Positions 1 to 10,412 of a stretch of 64,000 bases of DNA are shown one piece after another. Position 1 is the stretch's first letter; each line of letters starts with the position of its first letter. The position numbers were made by a program, and so were the translations under genes. Under the pieces are notes generated by a model. It ran no database searches and had not been told where the DNA came from. It worked only from the letters and a program-made list of their open reading frames with translations. Source of the DNA: Alphaproteobacteria bacterium (lineage in GTDB: Bacteria; Pseudomonadota; Alphaproteobacteria; UBA828); NCBI GenBank assembly GCA_965237415.1, contig CBDEFM010000002.1, forward strand, positions 2,784,001 to 2,848,000, in the 5' to 3' direction.

Positions 1-1
1 C

Positions 2-319
2 GTGCTCTATCGCCGCGCGGGCTCGGGCGCCGGCCGTGCAGCGGACGGCGCGGCGGTGGCGGCGATGCGCGACCTGCTCGGAGCCGCCGTCGCCCAAGGC
101 ACCGGCCGCGCCGCCCGGCTCCCGCAGGGGCTGGGGCCGGCCTACGGCAAGACCGGCACCAGCCAAAAGTTCCGCGATGCGTGGTTTGTCGGCTGGGCCG
201 GCGGGCTCGCTGCAGGCGTCTGGCTCGGCAACGACGACGGCAGCGCGATGGACGAGGTCACTGGCGGCGGTTATCCGGCCGAAATCTGGCGAAGTTTCAT
301 GGTGGAGGCGCTTCGGTAG
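2..319 (+). CDS. Class A penicillin-binding protein, C-terminal transpeptidase fragment (5' truncated by window edge)
   Basis: GKTGTSQ..RDAWFVGW and GVWLGNDD motifs typical of PBP1A/1C C-termini. Confidence 0.85.
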   Translation: MLYRRAGSGAGRAADGAAVAAMRDLLGAAVAQGTGRAARLPQGLGPAYGKTGTSQKFRDAWFVGWAGGLAAGVWLGNDDGSAMDEVTGGGYPAEIWRSFMVEALR

Positions 320-385
320 CCATTTTTCGCTCACGGCGGCCGGTAATCCTTCGATTCCGCGCGCCTGCCGGCGCGACCGGCCGAT

Positions 386-1684
386 TCAGGCCCGGTCGAT
401 GAGGTGGATGAAGGAGCCCGAGACCATGCCGGCGGTCATGCCGGCGTCGCCGAGCGGCGCGCCGGTTGCGTCGCAGGTCGCGAACAGCGGCCGCCCGGCA
501 TCCTCCGCCACCACGCGACAATAGTGGAACTCGTGGCCGCAATAGGCCGTCCCCGCCCTGCCAAGGGGGCCGTCCGCCGTGAGGCGCGCCTGCCGGTAGC
601 CGAGCGCGAGCCGGCGCTCCTGAAAGCTGGTCTCGAGCGGCAGCAGCCCGGCCATGGCGTGGCGGTGGCCGTCGGCGTCGATCAGACCCCGGCCCAGCAC
701 CATGTAGCCGCCGCACTCGCCGAAGAGGACGGCACCGCGCCCGGCTGCATCCCGCAGCCCGTCGAGAAAGCATGCGGCGCCGGCGATGCGGCCTGCGTGG
801 AGTTCGGGGTAGCCGCCCGGCAGGTAGACCGCGTCGGCGCCTGCATCGGGCGCCTCGTCCGCAAGCGGCGAGAACGGCACCACCGTCGCACCTGCGTTCC
901 GCCAATCCTCCATCAGCGCGTCGTAGCAGAAGCCGAAAGCCTCATCCCGCGCCACCGCGATCCTCTGCCCGAGTGGAGGGATCGCCGCGCCCGGCACCGC
1001 CGGTCCCGCTTGCAGAGGGCTGGCGAGGGAAGCAAGGGCCTCCGTATCGACCGATCGCGCCACGACCGCCGCGGCGTCCTCCACCCACGGCCCGTCTCTT
1101 TCGCAGGCCTGCACGAGGCCGAGATGGCGAGACGGCAGGCTCAGCGCGTCCGAGCGCGGCACGGCACCGAGAACCGCGATGGATCGCGCGTCGAGGGCAT
1201 TGCGGAGCAGCCGTTCGTGCGCCGCGCCCGCCACCCGGTTGAGGATGACGCCCGCGACCGCCACGTCCTGGCGGTGATTGACGAAGCCTTCGGCAAGCGC
1301 CGCCACCGAGGCGCCCTGGCCCCGCGCGTCCACCACCAGCACCACGAGCGACCCCAGCTGGGCCGCGAGGTCGGCGGTGGACCCGGTGCCGTCGCGGGCG
1401 CCATCGAAGAGGCCCATCGCACCCTCGCCGATGACGAGGTCCGCGTCCGCGCAGAGCACCGCCACCCGGCGCGCAAGCGTCTCGGGCCGCATCCCCCAGG
1501 GGTCGAGATTGACGCAGTCGTGGCCGCTGGCCATGCGGTGATAGCCGGGGTCGATGTAATCGGGCCCCGCCTTGAAGGCCCGCACAGCACGACCGCCCTT
1601 ACGGAAATGCGCCAGAAGGCCGGCGCACAGCACGGTCTTGCCGCTGCCGGACGCCGGTGCGGCGAGGATGATGGCGGAGGCCAA
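386..1684 (-). CDS. cobB: (Hydrogeno)cobyrinate a,c-diamide synthase
   Basis: SGSGKT P-loop, FKAGPDYIDP, EGAMGLFDG, PSRHLGL, glutaminase motifs GECGGYM and HEFHY; TTG start. Confidence 0.95.
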   Translation of the reverse strand: MASAIILAAPASGSGKTVLCAGLLAHFRKGGRAVRAFKAGPDYIDPGYHRMASGHDCVNLDPWGMRPETLARRVAVLCADADLVIGEGAMGLFDGARDGTGSTADLAAQLGSLVVLVVDARGQGASVAALAEGFVNHRQDVAVAGVILNRVAGAAHERLLRNALDARSIAVLGAVPRSDALSLPSRHLGLVQACERDGPWVEDAAAVVARSVDTEALASLASPLQAGPAVPGAAIPPLGQRIAVARDEAFGFCYDALMEDWRNAGATVVPFSPLADEAPDAGADAVYLPGGYPELHAGRIAGAACFLDGLRDAAGRGAVLFGECGGYMVLGRGLIDADGHRHAMAGLLPLETSFQERRLALGYRQARLTADGPLGRAGTAYCGHEFHYCRVVAEDAGRPLFATCDATGAPLGDAGMTAGMVSGSFIHLIDRA

Positions 1685-1690
1685 AGCGGG

Positions 1691-2392
1691 TCAGCCCGTC
1701 AGCTGCCGCTCGATTTCGATGGCGAGCTTGGTCGGCCCCTGCCTCGGCTCGTAATACTGGATGAACTTGCCGTCCGGCCCCATGAGGTAGAAGAACGACG
1801 CGTGGTCCACGAGGTAGTCGGTGTCATCCGGCCCTTCCGCATGGGAGCGCCGGTAGATGCCGAAGGACTCGAGCGCCTGGCCGATCTCCTCCTCCGAACC
1901 GGTCAGGCCGACCAGCCCCGGAACGAGCGCCGAGACATAGGCGGCGAGCTTTTCCACCGTGTCGCGCTGCGGATCGACGGTGATGAAGAGCGGCTTGACG
2001 GTCGTCCCCTGCGCGTCCAGGTCCTCGATCACCTGCGACATGGTTAGTATGGCGCTCGGGCAGACGTCGGGGCACCACGTGAAGCCGAAATAGATCAGCG
2101 TGTGGGCGCCGTGGAAGTCCTGGTTGGTGCGGGGTGCGCCGGTGTGGTCGATCAGCGCGAATTCGCCGGTAATTTCCTCCGGCGTCAGCGTCATGCGGGA
2201 GACGTGGCTCTGGTCGAAATTGCCGAACAGCGAGCCGTCGTACTGCGAATAGATGAGGATCGCGCCGATAATCAGGATCCAGAGCAACGGGTTGTTGCGC
2301 CGCAGGGCGGGCCTCTGGCCGCCACTTCCGGGCTGCTGACCGCCGCCGCCAGACGGCGGACCCATGCCGAATTTGCCGAGTTCCTTCCACAT
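1691..2392 (-). CDS. SCO1/SenC family copper chaperone with N-terminal membrane anchor
   Basis: FGFTWCPDVCP (CxxxC), FITVDPQRDT, YLVDHAS; hydrophobic LLWILIIGAILIY; ATG at 2392 (alternative 2365) inside the 581-aa ORF. Confidence 0.9.
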   Translation of the reverse strand: MWKELGKFGMGPPSGGGGQQPGSGGQRPALRRNNPLLWILIIGAILIYSQYDGSLFGNFDQSHVSRMTLTPEEITGEFALIDHTGAPRTNQDFHGAHTLIYFGFTWCPDVCPSAILTMSQVIEDLDAQGTTVKPLFITVDPQRDTVEKLAAYVSALVPGLVGLTGSEEEIGQALESFGIYRRSHAEGPDDTDYLVDHASFFYLMGPDGKFIQYYEPRQGPTKLAIEIERQLTG

Positions 2393-2484
2393 GAGCGGGC
2401 TACGTGCGGTCGGCGTTCCCCCAAAGTGACAGACTATCCCCGGAACGGGCCACGCGGCAAGGAATCGGGTCTCTTCGCACTGTG

Positions 2485-3339
2485 TCAGCCCGCCGCGCGG
2501 CGCCAGTGCTGGGCGAGGGCCTGGGCCGCCTCGGCCCGCGCCTCGACTGATGCGGCCGGATCGAGCGCTCGCCTGAGCCGCACCACGTCGCCCACGACCA
2601 CGAGGCAGGGCGCCTCGATGCCCGCACGCTCCGCCGCCGCCGCCGCCTCGGCGAGCGGGGCCTCGACCACGCGCTCGGCCCCGGTCGTGGCGTGGCTGAT
2701 GAGCGCCACCGGCGTGTCGCCCGAGAGGCCATGGTGGGTCAGACGCTCGGCGATGACATCCAGCTGACGGAGCGCCATGTAGAAGATCAGCACCGGCGCG
2801 CCTTGGGCGATGGCCTGCCAGTCGAGCCCGTCCGGCACGCCACCCGCCGCATCGTGGCCGGTGAGCAGCGTCACCGCCGAGTTGGTCGTGCGATGCGTCA
2901 TGGGGATGCCGGCCGCAGCCAGGCCGCCGGCGGCAGCGGTGACTCCCGGCACGAGGCGGAAGGGGATGCGGGCTGCGGCGAGCGCAAGCGCCTCCTCGCC
3001 GCCGCGGCCGAAGACGAAAGGATCGCCCCCCTTGAGGCGCAGCACGCGAAGCCCCTGCCGGGCGAGCCGTATCAGGCGCCCGCAGATATCGGGCTGGTGC
3101 GCGGACGGCTTGCCGCCCCGCTTGCCGGCATATTCGAGCGCAGCACCCGGCCGGGCGAGCGTCAGGATTTCCGGCGAGACCAGGGCGTCGTAGACGACGC
3201 AGTCGGCCTGGCTGAGCGCATTCGCCGCGTGGAGCGTGAGCAGCCCCGGATCGCCCGGTCCTGCGCCTACGAGCCAAACCGATCCGGGCTCGATCGCGGG
3301 CAGGGCTGGCAAGCGGGGGGGCTGCGAAGCGTCGTCCAT
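2485..3339 (-). CDS. cobA: Uroporphyrinogen-III C-methyltransferase (SUMT)
   Basis: VWLVGAGPGDPGLLT, YDALV, RLKGGDPFVFGRGGEE, PGVTA. Confidence 0.95.
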   Translation of the reverse strand: MDDASQPPRLPALPAIEPGSVWLVGAGPGDPGLLTLHAANALSQADCVVYDALVSPEILTLARPGAALEYAGKRGGKPSAHQPDICGRLIRLARQGLRVLRLKGGDPFVFGRGGEEALALAAARIPFRLVPGVTAAAGGLAAAGIPMTHRTTNSAVTLLTGHDAAGGVPDGLDWQAIAQGAPVLIFYMALRQLDVIAERLTHHGLSGDTPVALISHATTGAERVVEAPLAEAAAAAERAGIEAPCLVVVGDVVRLRRALDPAASVEARAEAAQALAQHWRRAAG

Positions 3340-3386
3340 CGCCGCACTCTACACCGGTAGGCGCCCGGTGCGGTATAAGCGGCGGG

Positions 3387-4487
3387 ATGACGGCACGCTC
3401 AGGGAGAGCCGGCGAGCTTAGGCGGGGCTGGACCACCGGCGCCTGCGCCGCGGCTGCGACGCGGGCCGCCTACACCGCGCTGGTCACCGGGCGCTTCCCC
3501 GATCCGGTCTCGGTCACGCTGCCGGGTGGCGAGACGCCCTCCTTCCCGCTGGTTCTCGCCGAGCGCGACCGGAGCCACGGGCGTGCTGCCGTGCGCAAGG
3601 ATGCCGGCGACGACCCCGACGTGACCCACGGCGCACTGGTCGAATCCTGGGTGAGGCCCGCGCCGCCGGGGGCCGGCATCGTGTTCCGGGCGGGCGAGGG
3701 GGTCGGCATCGTGACCCGGCCCGGCCTCAGCCTCCCCGTGGGCGAGCCCGCGATCAACCCGGCGCCGCGCAAGATGATCGCGGCAATGCTGAACGAGCTT
3801 GCGCCCGCACTCGGCGGGCCCGCCGATGTTTCCGTCACCATCGGCATTCCGGACGGCCGCCGCCTCGCGCAGCACACGATGAACGGCCGCCTCGGCATCG
3901 TCGGCGGCCTTTCGGTGCTGGGCACGTCGGGCATCGTGAAGCCCTATTCCTGCGCCGCGTGGATCGCCTCGATCCGCCAGGGGATCGATGTGGCTGCCGC
4001 GACCGGCGCCACCCACCTCGCGGCGGCGACGGGCCGGGTCTCCGAGGAGGCGGCGCGGGCGCTTTACGGCCTCGACGAGGGCGTTCTGATCGACATGGGC
4101 GATTTCGCCGGCGCCACCCTGAAGCTGATCCGGCGCAAGCCGGTGCCGCGGCTCACCATCGCCGGCGGCTTCGGCAAGATCAGCAAGCTCGCCGACGGCC
4201 ACATGGACCTTCATTCTGCGCGCAGCAGCGTCGACCGCGCGGGGCTGATCCGCCGCCTCGCCGCCCTCGGCGCTCCGGACGCGACGTTGGCCGAGGCACG
4301 GACCGCCGGATCGGCAGCCGCGATCCTCGAGATTGCGACCGAGGCCGGACTTCCCCTCGCCGACGCGATCGCCGCGGAGGCCCGTGCGGTGGCCGATACC
4401 GCGCTCGCCGGCGCCCGGCTTCAGCCCCAAGTGGACGTGCTCATCGTCGATCGCACAGGCTGCATCGTTGGTCGCGCCGGCCCCTGA
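3387..4487 (+). CDS. cbiD: Cobalt-precorrin-5B C1-methyltransferase
   Basis: LRRGWTTGACAAAA, KDAGDDPDVTHGA, PAINPAPR, LGIVGGLSVLGTSGIVKPYS, DLHS. Confidence 0.95.
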   Translation: MTARSGRAGELRRGWTTGACAAAATRAAYTALVTGRFPDPVSVTLPGGETPSFPLVLAERDRSHGRAAVRKDAGDDPDVTHGALVESWVRPAPPGAGIVFRAGEGVGIVTRPGLSLPVGEPAINPAPRKMIAAMLNELAPALGGPADVSVTIGIPDGRRLAQHTMNGRLGIVGGLSVLGTSGIVKPYSCAAWIASIRQGIDVAAATGATHLAAATGRVSEEAARALYGLDEGVLIDMGDFAGATLKLIRRKPVPRLTIAGGFGKISKLADGHMDLHSARSSVDRAGLIRRLAALGAPDATLAEARTAGSAAAILEIATEAGLPLADAIAAEARAVADTALAGARLQPQVDVLIVDRTGCIVGRAGP

Positions 4488-5244
4488 GCGGCCACCGCGG
4501 CTGCTGATCCTGGGCGGCACGGCCGAGGGCCGTGCGCTTGCGGCGGCGGCCGAGGCGCGCTTCGGCCCCACTCTCACGGTGATTTCGGCGCTCGCCGGCC
4601 GCACCCGCGCGCCGCTCTTGCCCGCCGGCACTGTCCGCATCGGCGGCTTCGGTGGGGCCGAGGGCTTGGCGTCCTATCTCAGGGAAGAGCGGATCGGCCT
4701 CCTGATCGATGCGACCCATCCGTTTGCCACGCGGATCTCGGCCCAGGCGCGCGACGCGGCGAGAGAGGCCGGTGCCGCGCAGCTCGTGATCGTACGCCCG
4801 CCCTGGCGTCCGCTGCCCGGCGATCGCTGGATCGACGTCGCCACGGTGGAGGAGGCCGCGGCGGCGATCCCGGCCGAGGCCCAGCGCGTGTTCCTCACCG
4901 TCGGCGTCCGCTCGCTCGCGCCCTTCGCCGGGCGCCCGGACCTCTGGTTTCTGGTGCGGCTGGTGGACGAGCCGGCTGAGCCGATTCCTCTTGCCCGCCA
5001 CCAACTGATTTGCGCCCGCGGGCCTTTCGCGGAGGCGGACGAGCGCGCGCTGCTTGAGGCCCACAGCATCGATTGTTTGGTCACCCGCGCGAGCGGCGGC
5101 GAGGCGACCGTGGCAAAGCTCGCGGCGGCGCGGGCGCTCGGGTTGCCGGTGGTGATGGTGCGCCGCCCGCCGCCGCCGCCCGGCCTGTGCGCGTCCTCGA
5201 TCGAGGACGCCCTCGCCTGGATCGCGCAGCAGCTGGGTCCGTGA
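4468..5244 (+). CDS. cobK: (Cobalt-)precorrin-6A/6x reductase
   Basis: LILGGTAEG, GGFGGAEGL, IDATHPFA, RGPF, SGG; start approximate (TTG at 4468, overlapping cbiD end). Confidence 0.92.
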   Translation: MVAPAPERPPRLLILGGTAEGRALAAAAEARFGPTLTVISALAGRTRAPLLPAGTVRIGGFGGAEGLASYLREERIGLLIDATHPFATRISAQARDAAREAGAAQLVIVRPPWRPLPGDRWIDVATVEEAAAAIPAEAQRVFLTVGVRSLAPFAGRPDLWFLVRLVDEPAEPIPLARHQLICARGPFAEADERALLEAHSIDCLVTRASGGEATVAKLAAARALGLPVVMVRRPPPPPGLCASSIEDALAWIAQQLGP

Positions 5245-5259
5245 CTGGCGGTGCCTGGC

Positions 5260-6024
5260 TTACGCCTTGCGCCGCGGGCGCAGCACGTGGTGATGCGTTG
5301 GGTCGTAGAGGTGGCTCTCGTCGAAGTCGGATGCGTCGAGCGCCCGACCGACGAGGATCAGCGCCGTTCGCGTGAGCCCCAAGGCCTTCACCTTGTCCCT
5401 GATGGTGCTGAGGGTGCCGCGCACGATCCGCTCGTCGGGCCAGCTCACGCGGTAGGCGACGACCGCGGGGCAGTCCGCCCCGCGGTGCGGGATCAGCGTG
5501 CGCGTCACCTTCGCGAGGTTGTTGATCGAGAGATGGATGGCGAGCGTGCCGCCGGCGGCGGCGAGGTGCTCCAGCCGCTCGTCGTCGGGCATGGATGAGG
5601 CGCGCACGGCGGTCCGCGTCAGGATGACGGTCTGCGCGACACCGGGGAGCGTCAGTTCCTGTTTGAGCGCCGCCGCCGCTGCCGCATAGGCGGGCACGCC
5701 GGGAGTCACGTCGTAAGGGATGCCGAGGCGGTCGAGGCGGCGCATCTGCTCGGCGATGGCGCCATAGAGGGAGGGATCGCCGGAATGCAGCCGCGCGACC
5801 TCGTGGCCCTCGGTTGCCGCCTGCTCCATCTCCGCCATGATCGCATCGAGATCGAGCGGGGCGGTATCGACGATGCGCGCACCCGCCGGGGCTTCCGCGA
5901 GGATCATCGGCGGCACCAGCGAGCCCGCATAGAGCACGACGGGGCAGCGCCGCAGCAGGGTGAGCCCCCGCACGGTGATCAGGTCCGCAGCGCCGGGGCC
6001 GGCGCCGATGAAGTGGACCGTCAC
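5260..6024 (-). CDS. cobM: Precorrin-4 C11-methyltransferase
   Basis: [43 protein letters not shown]; GTG start overlaps cobJ stop (GTGA). Confidence 0.95.
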   Translation of the reverse strand: MTVHFIGAGPGAADLITVRGLTLLRRCPVVLYAGSLVPPMILAEAPAGARIVDTAPLDLDAIMAEMEQAATEGHEVARLHSGDPSLYGAIAEQMRRLDRLGIPYDVTPGVPAYAAAAAALKQELTLPGVAQTVILTRTAVRASSMPDDERLEHLAAAGGTLAIHLSINNLAKVTRTLIPHRGADCPAVVAYRVSWPDERIVRGTLSTIRDKVKALGLTRTALILVGRALDASDFDESHLYDPTHHHVLRPRRKA

Positions 6025-7856
6025 GCGCTCTTCGTCGCGCAAGGCTTCGCCACCTCGCCGGGCGCATAGCCGCGTGGCGTGTAGAGCCACGCCCGGCCGC
6101 CGCGCTCCAGCCGCCGGGTCTGGCTGCTGCCGATGACGATGACGGTGAGCATGTCGACAGCCTCTGCATCGAAACCGGCGAGGGTGGTGACGTCGACGCG
6201 CTCGCCCTCCCGCCCGAGATTGCGGGCGACGACCACGGGGCAGTCGAGCCGCCGGTGGGTGGCGAGGATATTCCGCGCCTCTGCGAGCCGGCTGCGGCGC
6301 TGCCTTGACGCGGGGTTGTAGAGCGCGACCACGAAGTCGGCCTCGGCGGCGGCCCGGAGCCTCCGCGCGATCACGGGCCAGGGCGTCAGCAGGTCGGAAA
6401 GCGAGATGGCACAGAAGTCGTGGCCGATGGGCGCGCCGGCGCGGGCGGCGGCGGCCTGGAGCGCGCTGACGCCGGGCTCCACGGCAAGCTCGATGCCGCG
6501 CCAGCTCTGGTTGCCGGCCTCGCCGTCCAACAGCTCGAAGAGCAGCGAGGCCATGCCATAGACGCCGGCATCGCCCGATGACACCAGGGCGACGCGGCGC
6601 CCTTCTGCCGCGAGCGCGAGCGCGGCGCGGGCGCGCTCCTCCTCCGCGCCGATGGGGTAGGCGTGGCGCTCGCAGCCCGGCGGGGGCGGCCCCAGCAGGT
6701 CGAGATAGCGGCCGTAGCCGACGAGGTCGGTGGCGCCCGCGATGGCGGCGTCGGCGCCCTGCGTCCGCCATGCCTGAGCGCCGGGGCCGATTCCCACCAC
6801 CGTGACGCGCCCGCGCCCGCGGCCGCAGCGCTCCGGATCGATGATCGCGGCCGCCCTCGCGATGGCACACGTGCCCCGTTCGCTCCTTGCCTTGGGCATG
6901 GCGAGCGTGCCCTCAGCGCCTGCGCAGGCGAGCGCGGCGGCCTCCGCCACGCCGTGGCAGCCGACGGCGCGGAACACGACCTCCGACGGCGCCGTGAGCC
7001 TCGGGGTCTCCCGTTCCAGGGTCGCGGCATCGAAGAGGCGGAGCGGCACGCCCAGCCACGCCGCGACGGCGTTCACCGCCGGCTCGTCTGCCTTCAGGTC
7101 GAGCGAAGCGACGCAGGCGACCGCCTCGGGCGCAAGCCCCCCCGCCACAAGTACGCGCTTGGCCAGGAGGATGAGCTCATTCGGCGCGCAGCCCCGCTCG
7201 CAGCCGAGGCCGAGGGCCAAGACGGCGGGATGCAGCGTGACATCGGCCACATCGTCGCCCGGCACCACGCTCCGGTCTGTGATGCGGAGGGTGAGGCGGC
7301 CCCAGTCCCCGAACGGCGCGCCGCCTGCCGTCAGCCAGTCGGCCGAGGCGGCCTCGGTCACGAGGCGCACCGGCTCGCCCGCGAGCAGCGCGGCGGTGAC
7401 TTCCTTCACCAGGGCACCCTCGCCGAGGCGCCAGCCGGGGGGCGGCGCGTCTAGGGCGAAACCCAGTGCCGTATCGCCTGCAGTGGTGATCGCAGCGCGG
7501 GCGCCGAGGGCCACCGCGATGGTACGGCTGAGCCGGTTCGCGCCGTGATGGCCGCCCAGCAGGGGTACGACGCTCTGGCCGTTCTCCGACACCGCGATCA
7601 CCGGCGGCTCGGCGCTCTTATCCGCGAGATGCGGCGCGAGGAGGCGAATGAGAATGCCGGCGGCGCAGATGCCGACGATCGGCGTTCCTGCGCGGAAGAG
7701 GGCGGGGAGATGGGATGCGAGGCGCTCGTAAGTGACATCGGCGGCGCCGTCGAGGGACGCAGGGCCGTGGATCGCCGCGCCGGGCAGCGCCGCCTTGATG
7801 CGCCGCGCAAGCGCCACCTGGCGCCGGTCCAGGATCACCACCGCGGCCCCGCTCAT
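6021..7856 (-). CDS. cobJ: CbiG/CobE-like domain fused to precorrin-3B C17-methyltransferase
   Basis: N-terminal CbiG motifs ([32 protein letters not shown]); C-terminal [38 protein letters not shown]. Confidence 0.93.
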   Translation of the reverse strand: MSGAAVVILDRRQVALARRIKAALPGAAIHGPASLDGAADVTYERLASHLPALFRAGTPIVGICAAGILIRLLAPHLADKSAEPPVIAVSENGQSVVPLLGGHHGANRLSRTIAVALGARAAITTAGDTALGFALDAPPPGWRLGEGALVKEVTAALLAGEPVRLVTEAASADWLTAGGAPFGDWGRLTLRITDRSVVPGDDVADVTLHPAVLALGLGCERGCAPNELILLAKRVLVAGGLAPEAVACVASLDLKADEPAVNAVAAWLGVPLRLFDAATLERETPRLTAPSEVVFRAVGCHGVAEAAALACAGAEGTLAMPKARSERGTCAIARAAAIIDPERCGRGRGRVTVVGIGPGAQAWRTQGADAAIAGATDLVGYGRYLDLLGPPPPGCERHAYPIGAEEERARAALALAAEGRRVALVSSGDAGVYGMASLLFELLDGEAGNQSWRGIELAVEPGVSALQAAAARAGAPIGHDFCAISLSDLLTPWPVIARRLRAAAEADFVVALYNPASRQRRSRLAEARNILATHRRLDCPVVVARNLGREGERVDVTTLAGFDAEAVDMLTVIVIGSSQTRRLERGGRAWLYTPRGYAPGEVAKPCATKSA

Positions 7857-8554
7857 CGCCACGCCGCGCCTCGCTTGTGGACGATGATCATGGAGAAGTA
7901 GGGCGCCGGCGGCTCGACCGCGGCCAGCGGCAAAATCCGCTCTGCCGCCATGGAGGCGCGCTCGACATAGTGCGCGCGCTCCAGAAGGCCCAGCCCCTCT
8001 ACCACGCGGCGTACCTTCTCCAGATGACGGCCCACCTTGACGATCGCAGCCGCATCGCAGTTGGCGAGCTGAGCGGTGAGCCGCTGGGCATCGAGCGGAG
8101 CCGGGATCACCGCGAGCACGTCGTTGCGGGCGGCCAGCGGCAGGCCGAGCGCTGCGGCGCAGGCCATGGGCGAGGAGACGCCAGGGATCACCTCCACCCG
8201 GTGGCGCGCCGCCAGACGCTCGAAGAGATAGAGGAAGGACCCGTAGACGAAGGGGTCGCCCTCGCAGAGCACCGCCACGTTGCGCCCCTCGTCGAGCCGC
8301 GCGCCGAGCGCCGCCGCCGCGTCGTCATAGACCTCCGCCGCCGGGAAGCGGCTGGGCTCCAGCGGCATGCGGATTGCGATCTCCTCCTGCCCGCCGGGGA
8401 GATGGGGCGCGGCGATGCTGCGGGCGAGGCTCTCGCCCTCCGGCGGCGCGGGATAGGCGACCACCTGAGCGCCGCGGAGCGCCTTCAGCGCCTTGAGCGT
8501 GATGAGTTCGGGGTCGCCGGGGCCGACGCCGATGCCGCTGAGCAGGCCTGTCAT
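7853..8554 (-). CDS. cobI: Precorrin-2 C20-methyltransferase
   Basis: GIGVGPGDPELITLKA, LCEGDPFVYGSF, PGVSS, PYFS. Confidence 0.95.
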   Translation of the reverse strand: MTGLLSGIGVGPGDPELITLKALKALRGAQVVAYPAPPEGESLARSIAAPHLPGGQEEIAIRMPLEPSRFPAAEVYDDAAAALGARLDEGRNVAVLCEGDPFVYGSFLYLFERLAARHRVEVIPGVSSPMACAAALGLPLAARNDVLAVIPAPLDAQRLTAQLANCDAAAIVKVGRHLEKVRRVVEGLGLLERAHYVERASMAAERILPLAAVEPPAPYFSMIIVHKRGAAWR

Positions 8555-9759
8555 TCTGTCTTGACGAGCGTGAGTTGGGTCACCGGCATCAGCGGGCGCC
8601 AGGCGAGGTGGCGGCCCACGGGCCTCGCGCGGGAGACCGAGAGGCGTGTCATGGTGCCCGCGCGGCGGGCGCACCAGTCTGCGAGGATCGCCTCGCCGGC
8701 CACGGTGACGGCGTTGGCCACCAGCACACCGCCCGGCGTGAGCCTCGCCCAGCAGGTCTCGATCAGGCCGGGGAGCGAGAGCCCGCCGCCGATGAAGACC
8801 GCGTCCGGCACCGGCAAGAGCTCCAGCGCCTCCGGCGCCGCGCCCTGCTGGACCTTGAGGCGCGGCACGCCGAGGGCCGCGGCGTTGCGGGCGATCCGGG
8901 CGCAACGGTCCGCATCGCGCTCGACGGCGATGGCGTTGGCCGTGCGTTCGCTCAAGAGCCACTCGATCGCCACCGAGCCCGAGCCCGCGCCCACGTCCCA
9001 GAGCAGGGCGCCCGGCCGCGGGTCGAGCGCGCTCACGGTCTGCACCCGGATTTCACGCTTGGTCAGCTGCCCGTCGTTCTCGAACGCACGGTCCGGCAGG
9101 CCGGGCGCGCCGCGAAAGCGCCTCACGCGGCCCTCCGCGCGGCATTCGATGGCGATGGTGTTGAGGTCCGGCACCGTCGGTTCGCGCCAACGGTCGGCGC
9201 GCTCACTCACGCAGGCCTCGTCGCTGCCGCCCATGTGGGCGAAGACGGTGAGCGAGCTCGCGCCGTAGCCCACCTCGGTCAGCTGTGCCGCGACCGCCGC
9301 CGGCGTCGCGCCGTCGTGGGAGAGGACCAGCAGGCGCTGGCCGGGCGCGAGGAAGGCGCGGATGGTCTCCAGGGGGCGTCCGTGCAGCGTCACGCCCACC
9401 ACCTCGTCCGTGCTCCAGCCGAGCCGGGCGCGCGCGAGGCTGAAGGCGGATGGCGCCGGGATCGTCACCATCTCCTCGTCGGGGAAGGCGCGCCGGAGCA
9501 TCGTGCCGATCCCGAAGCAGAAGGGATCGCCGGTGGCGAGCACGACGACGCGCTGGCCCTGCACGGCGCGGATATCGTCCATGGTCTCCGCCAGCGGGCG
9601 GCGCCACGTCATGCGGCGGGCATCGCCATCCGGGATCATCGCGAGATGGCGCTCGCCGCCGACCAGCACCTCCGCCTGCTCGATCAGCACCCGGGCCGCG
9701 GGCGCGAGCGCGTCCGGCCCGTCCTCGCCGAGGCCGATGACGGTGAGCCAGCCGCTCAT
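8551..9759 (-). CDS. cobL: Bifunctional precorrin-6Y C5,15-methyltransferase (decarboxylating), CbiE-CbiT fusion
   Basis: WLTVIGLGEDG, VLATGDP, GQLTKREIR, LWDVGAGSGSV, DAVFIGGG. Confidence 0.95.
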   Translation of the reverse strand: MSGWLTVIGLGEDGPDALAPAARVLIEQAEVLVGGERHLAMIPDGDARRMTWRRPLAETMDDIRAVQGQRVVVLATGDPFCFGIGTMLRRAFPDEEMVTIPAPSAFSLARARLGWSTDEVVGVTLHGRPLETIRAFLAPGQRLLVLSHDGATPAAVAAQLTEVGYGASSLTVFAHMGGSDEACVSERADRWREPTVPDLNTIAIECRAEGRVRRFRGAPGLPDRAFENDGQLTKREIRVQTVSALDPRPGALLWDVGAGSGSVAIEWLLSERTANAIAVERDADRCARIARNAAALGVPRLKVQQGAAPEALELLPVPDAVFIGGGLSLPGLIETCWARLTPGGVLVANAVTVAGEAILADWCARRAGTMTRLSVSRARPVGRHLAWRPLMPVTQLTLVKTE

Positions 9760-10412
9760 GGGTGGCCCTCGCGATCCGGGGGCGAGGCCAGCGCGTTCAC
9801 CGCCGCTGCGGCGACTGCGCTGCCGCCCCGCCGGCCCGACAGGGTGAGGAAGGGCACGCCGTGACCCCCGCTCGCGAGCGCGGCCTTGGCCTCGCTGGCG
9901 CCGACGAAGCCGGGGGGTGTCGCGACGATCGCCGCAGGCCGGGGCGCGCCGTCTGCCAGCAGCTCCAGCAGGCGAAAGAGCGCGGTGGGCGCGTTGCCGA
10001 TCACGCAAACCGCCCCCGCAAGCTGCGGCCGCCAAAGGTCTACCGCCGCCGCCGAGCGCGTGGTCTGGGCGGATGCCGCGCGCTCGGCAAGGCCCGGCGC
10101 GGCGAGCGTGCAGATCACTGCGTTGCCCGCCGCGAGCCTCTGGCGGGAGATGCCGGAGGCCACCATCTGGCAATCGGCGAGGATGGGGGCGCCTGCGGCG
10201 AGCGCAGCGCGCGCCGTCTCCGCCAAGTCCGCCGACCACGCCAGGTCCTCGACCAGATCGGTCATGCCGGAGGCGTGCACCATGCGGTAGGCGACATCCA
10301 CCAGGCCAGCCGGCAGGGCGCTCACGTCGGTCTCCCGCCGGATGATGGCGAAAGAGCGCCGCGTGATCCCCTCCGGGTCGCGCAGATAATCAGCCGCGGT
10401 GGTGGCCGCCAT
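9756..10412 (-). CDS. cobH: Precorrin-8X methylmutase
   Basis: SFAIIRRE, RMVHA, TRSAAAV, IGNAPTAL, GFVGASEAK, GRRGGS. Confidence 0.95.
   Translation of the reverse strand: MAATTAADYLRDPEGITRRSFAIIRRETDVSALPAGLVDVAYRMVHASGMTDLVEDLAWSADLAETARAALAAGAPILADCQMVASGISRQRLAAGNAVICTLAAPGLAERAASAQTTRSAAAVDLWRPQLAGAVCVIGNAPTALFRLLELLADGAPRPAAIVATPPGFVGASEAKAALASGGHGVPFLTLSGRRGGSAVAAAAVNALASPPDREGHP

Noticed and set aside
1691-3436. 581-aa ORF suggesting a large SCO fusion
   Set aside because: The N-terminal part is an off-frame read through cobA; the SCO protein starts at about 2392.
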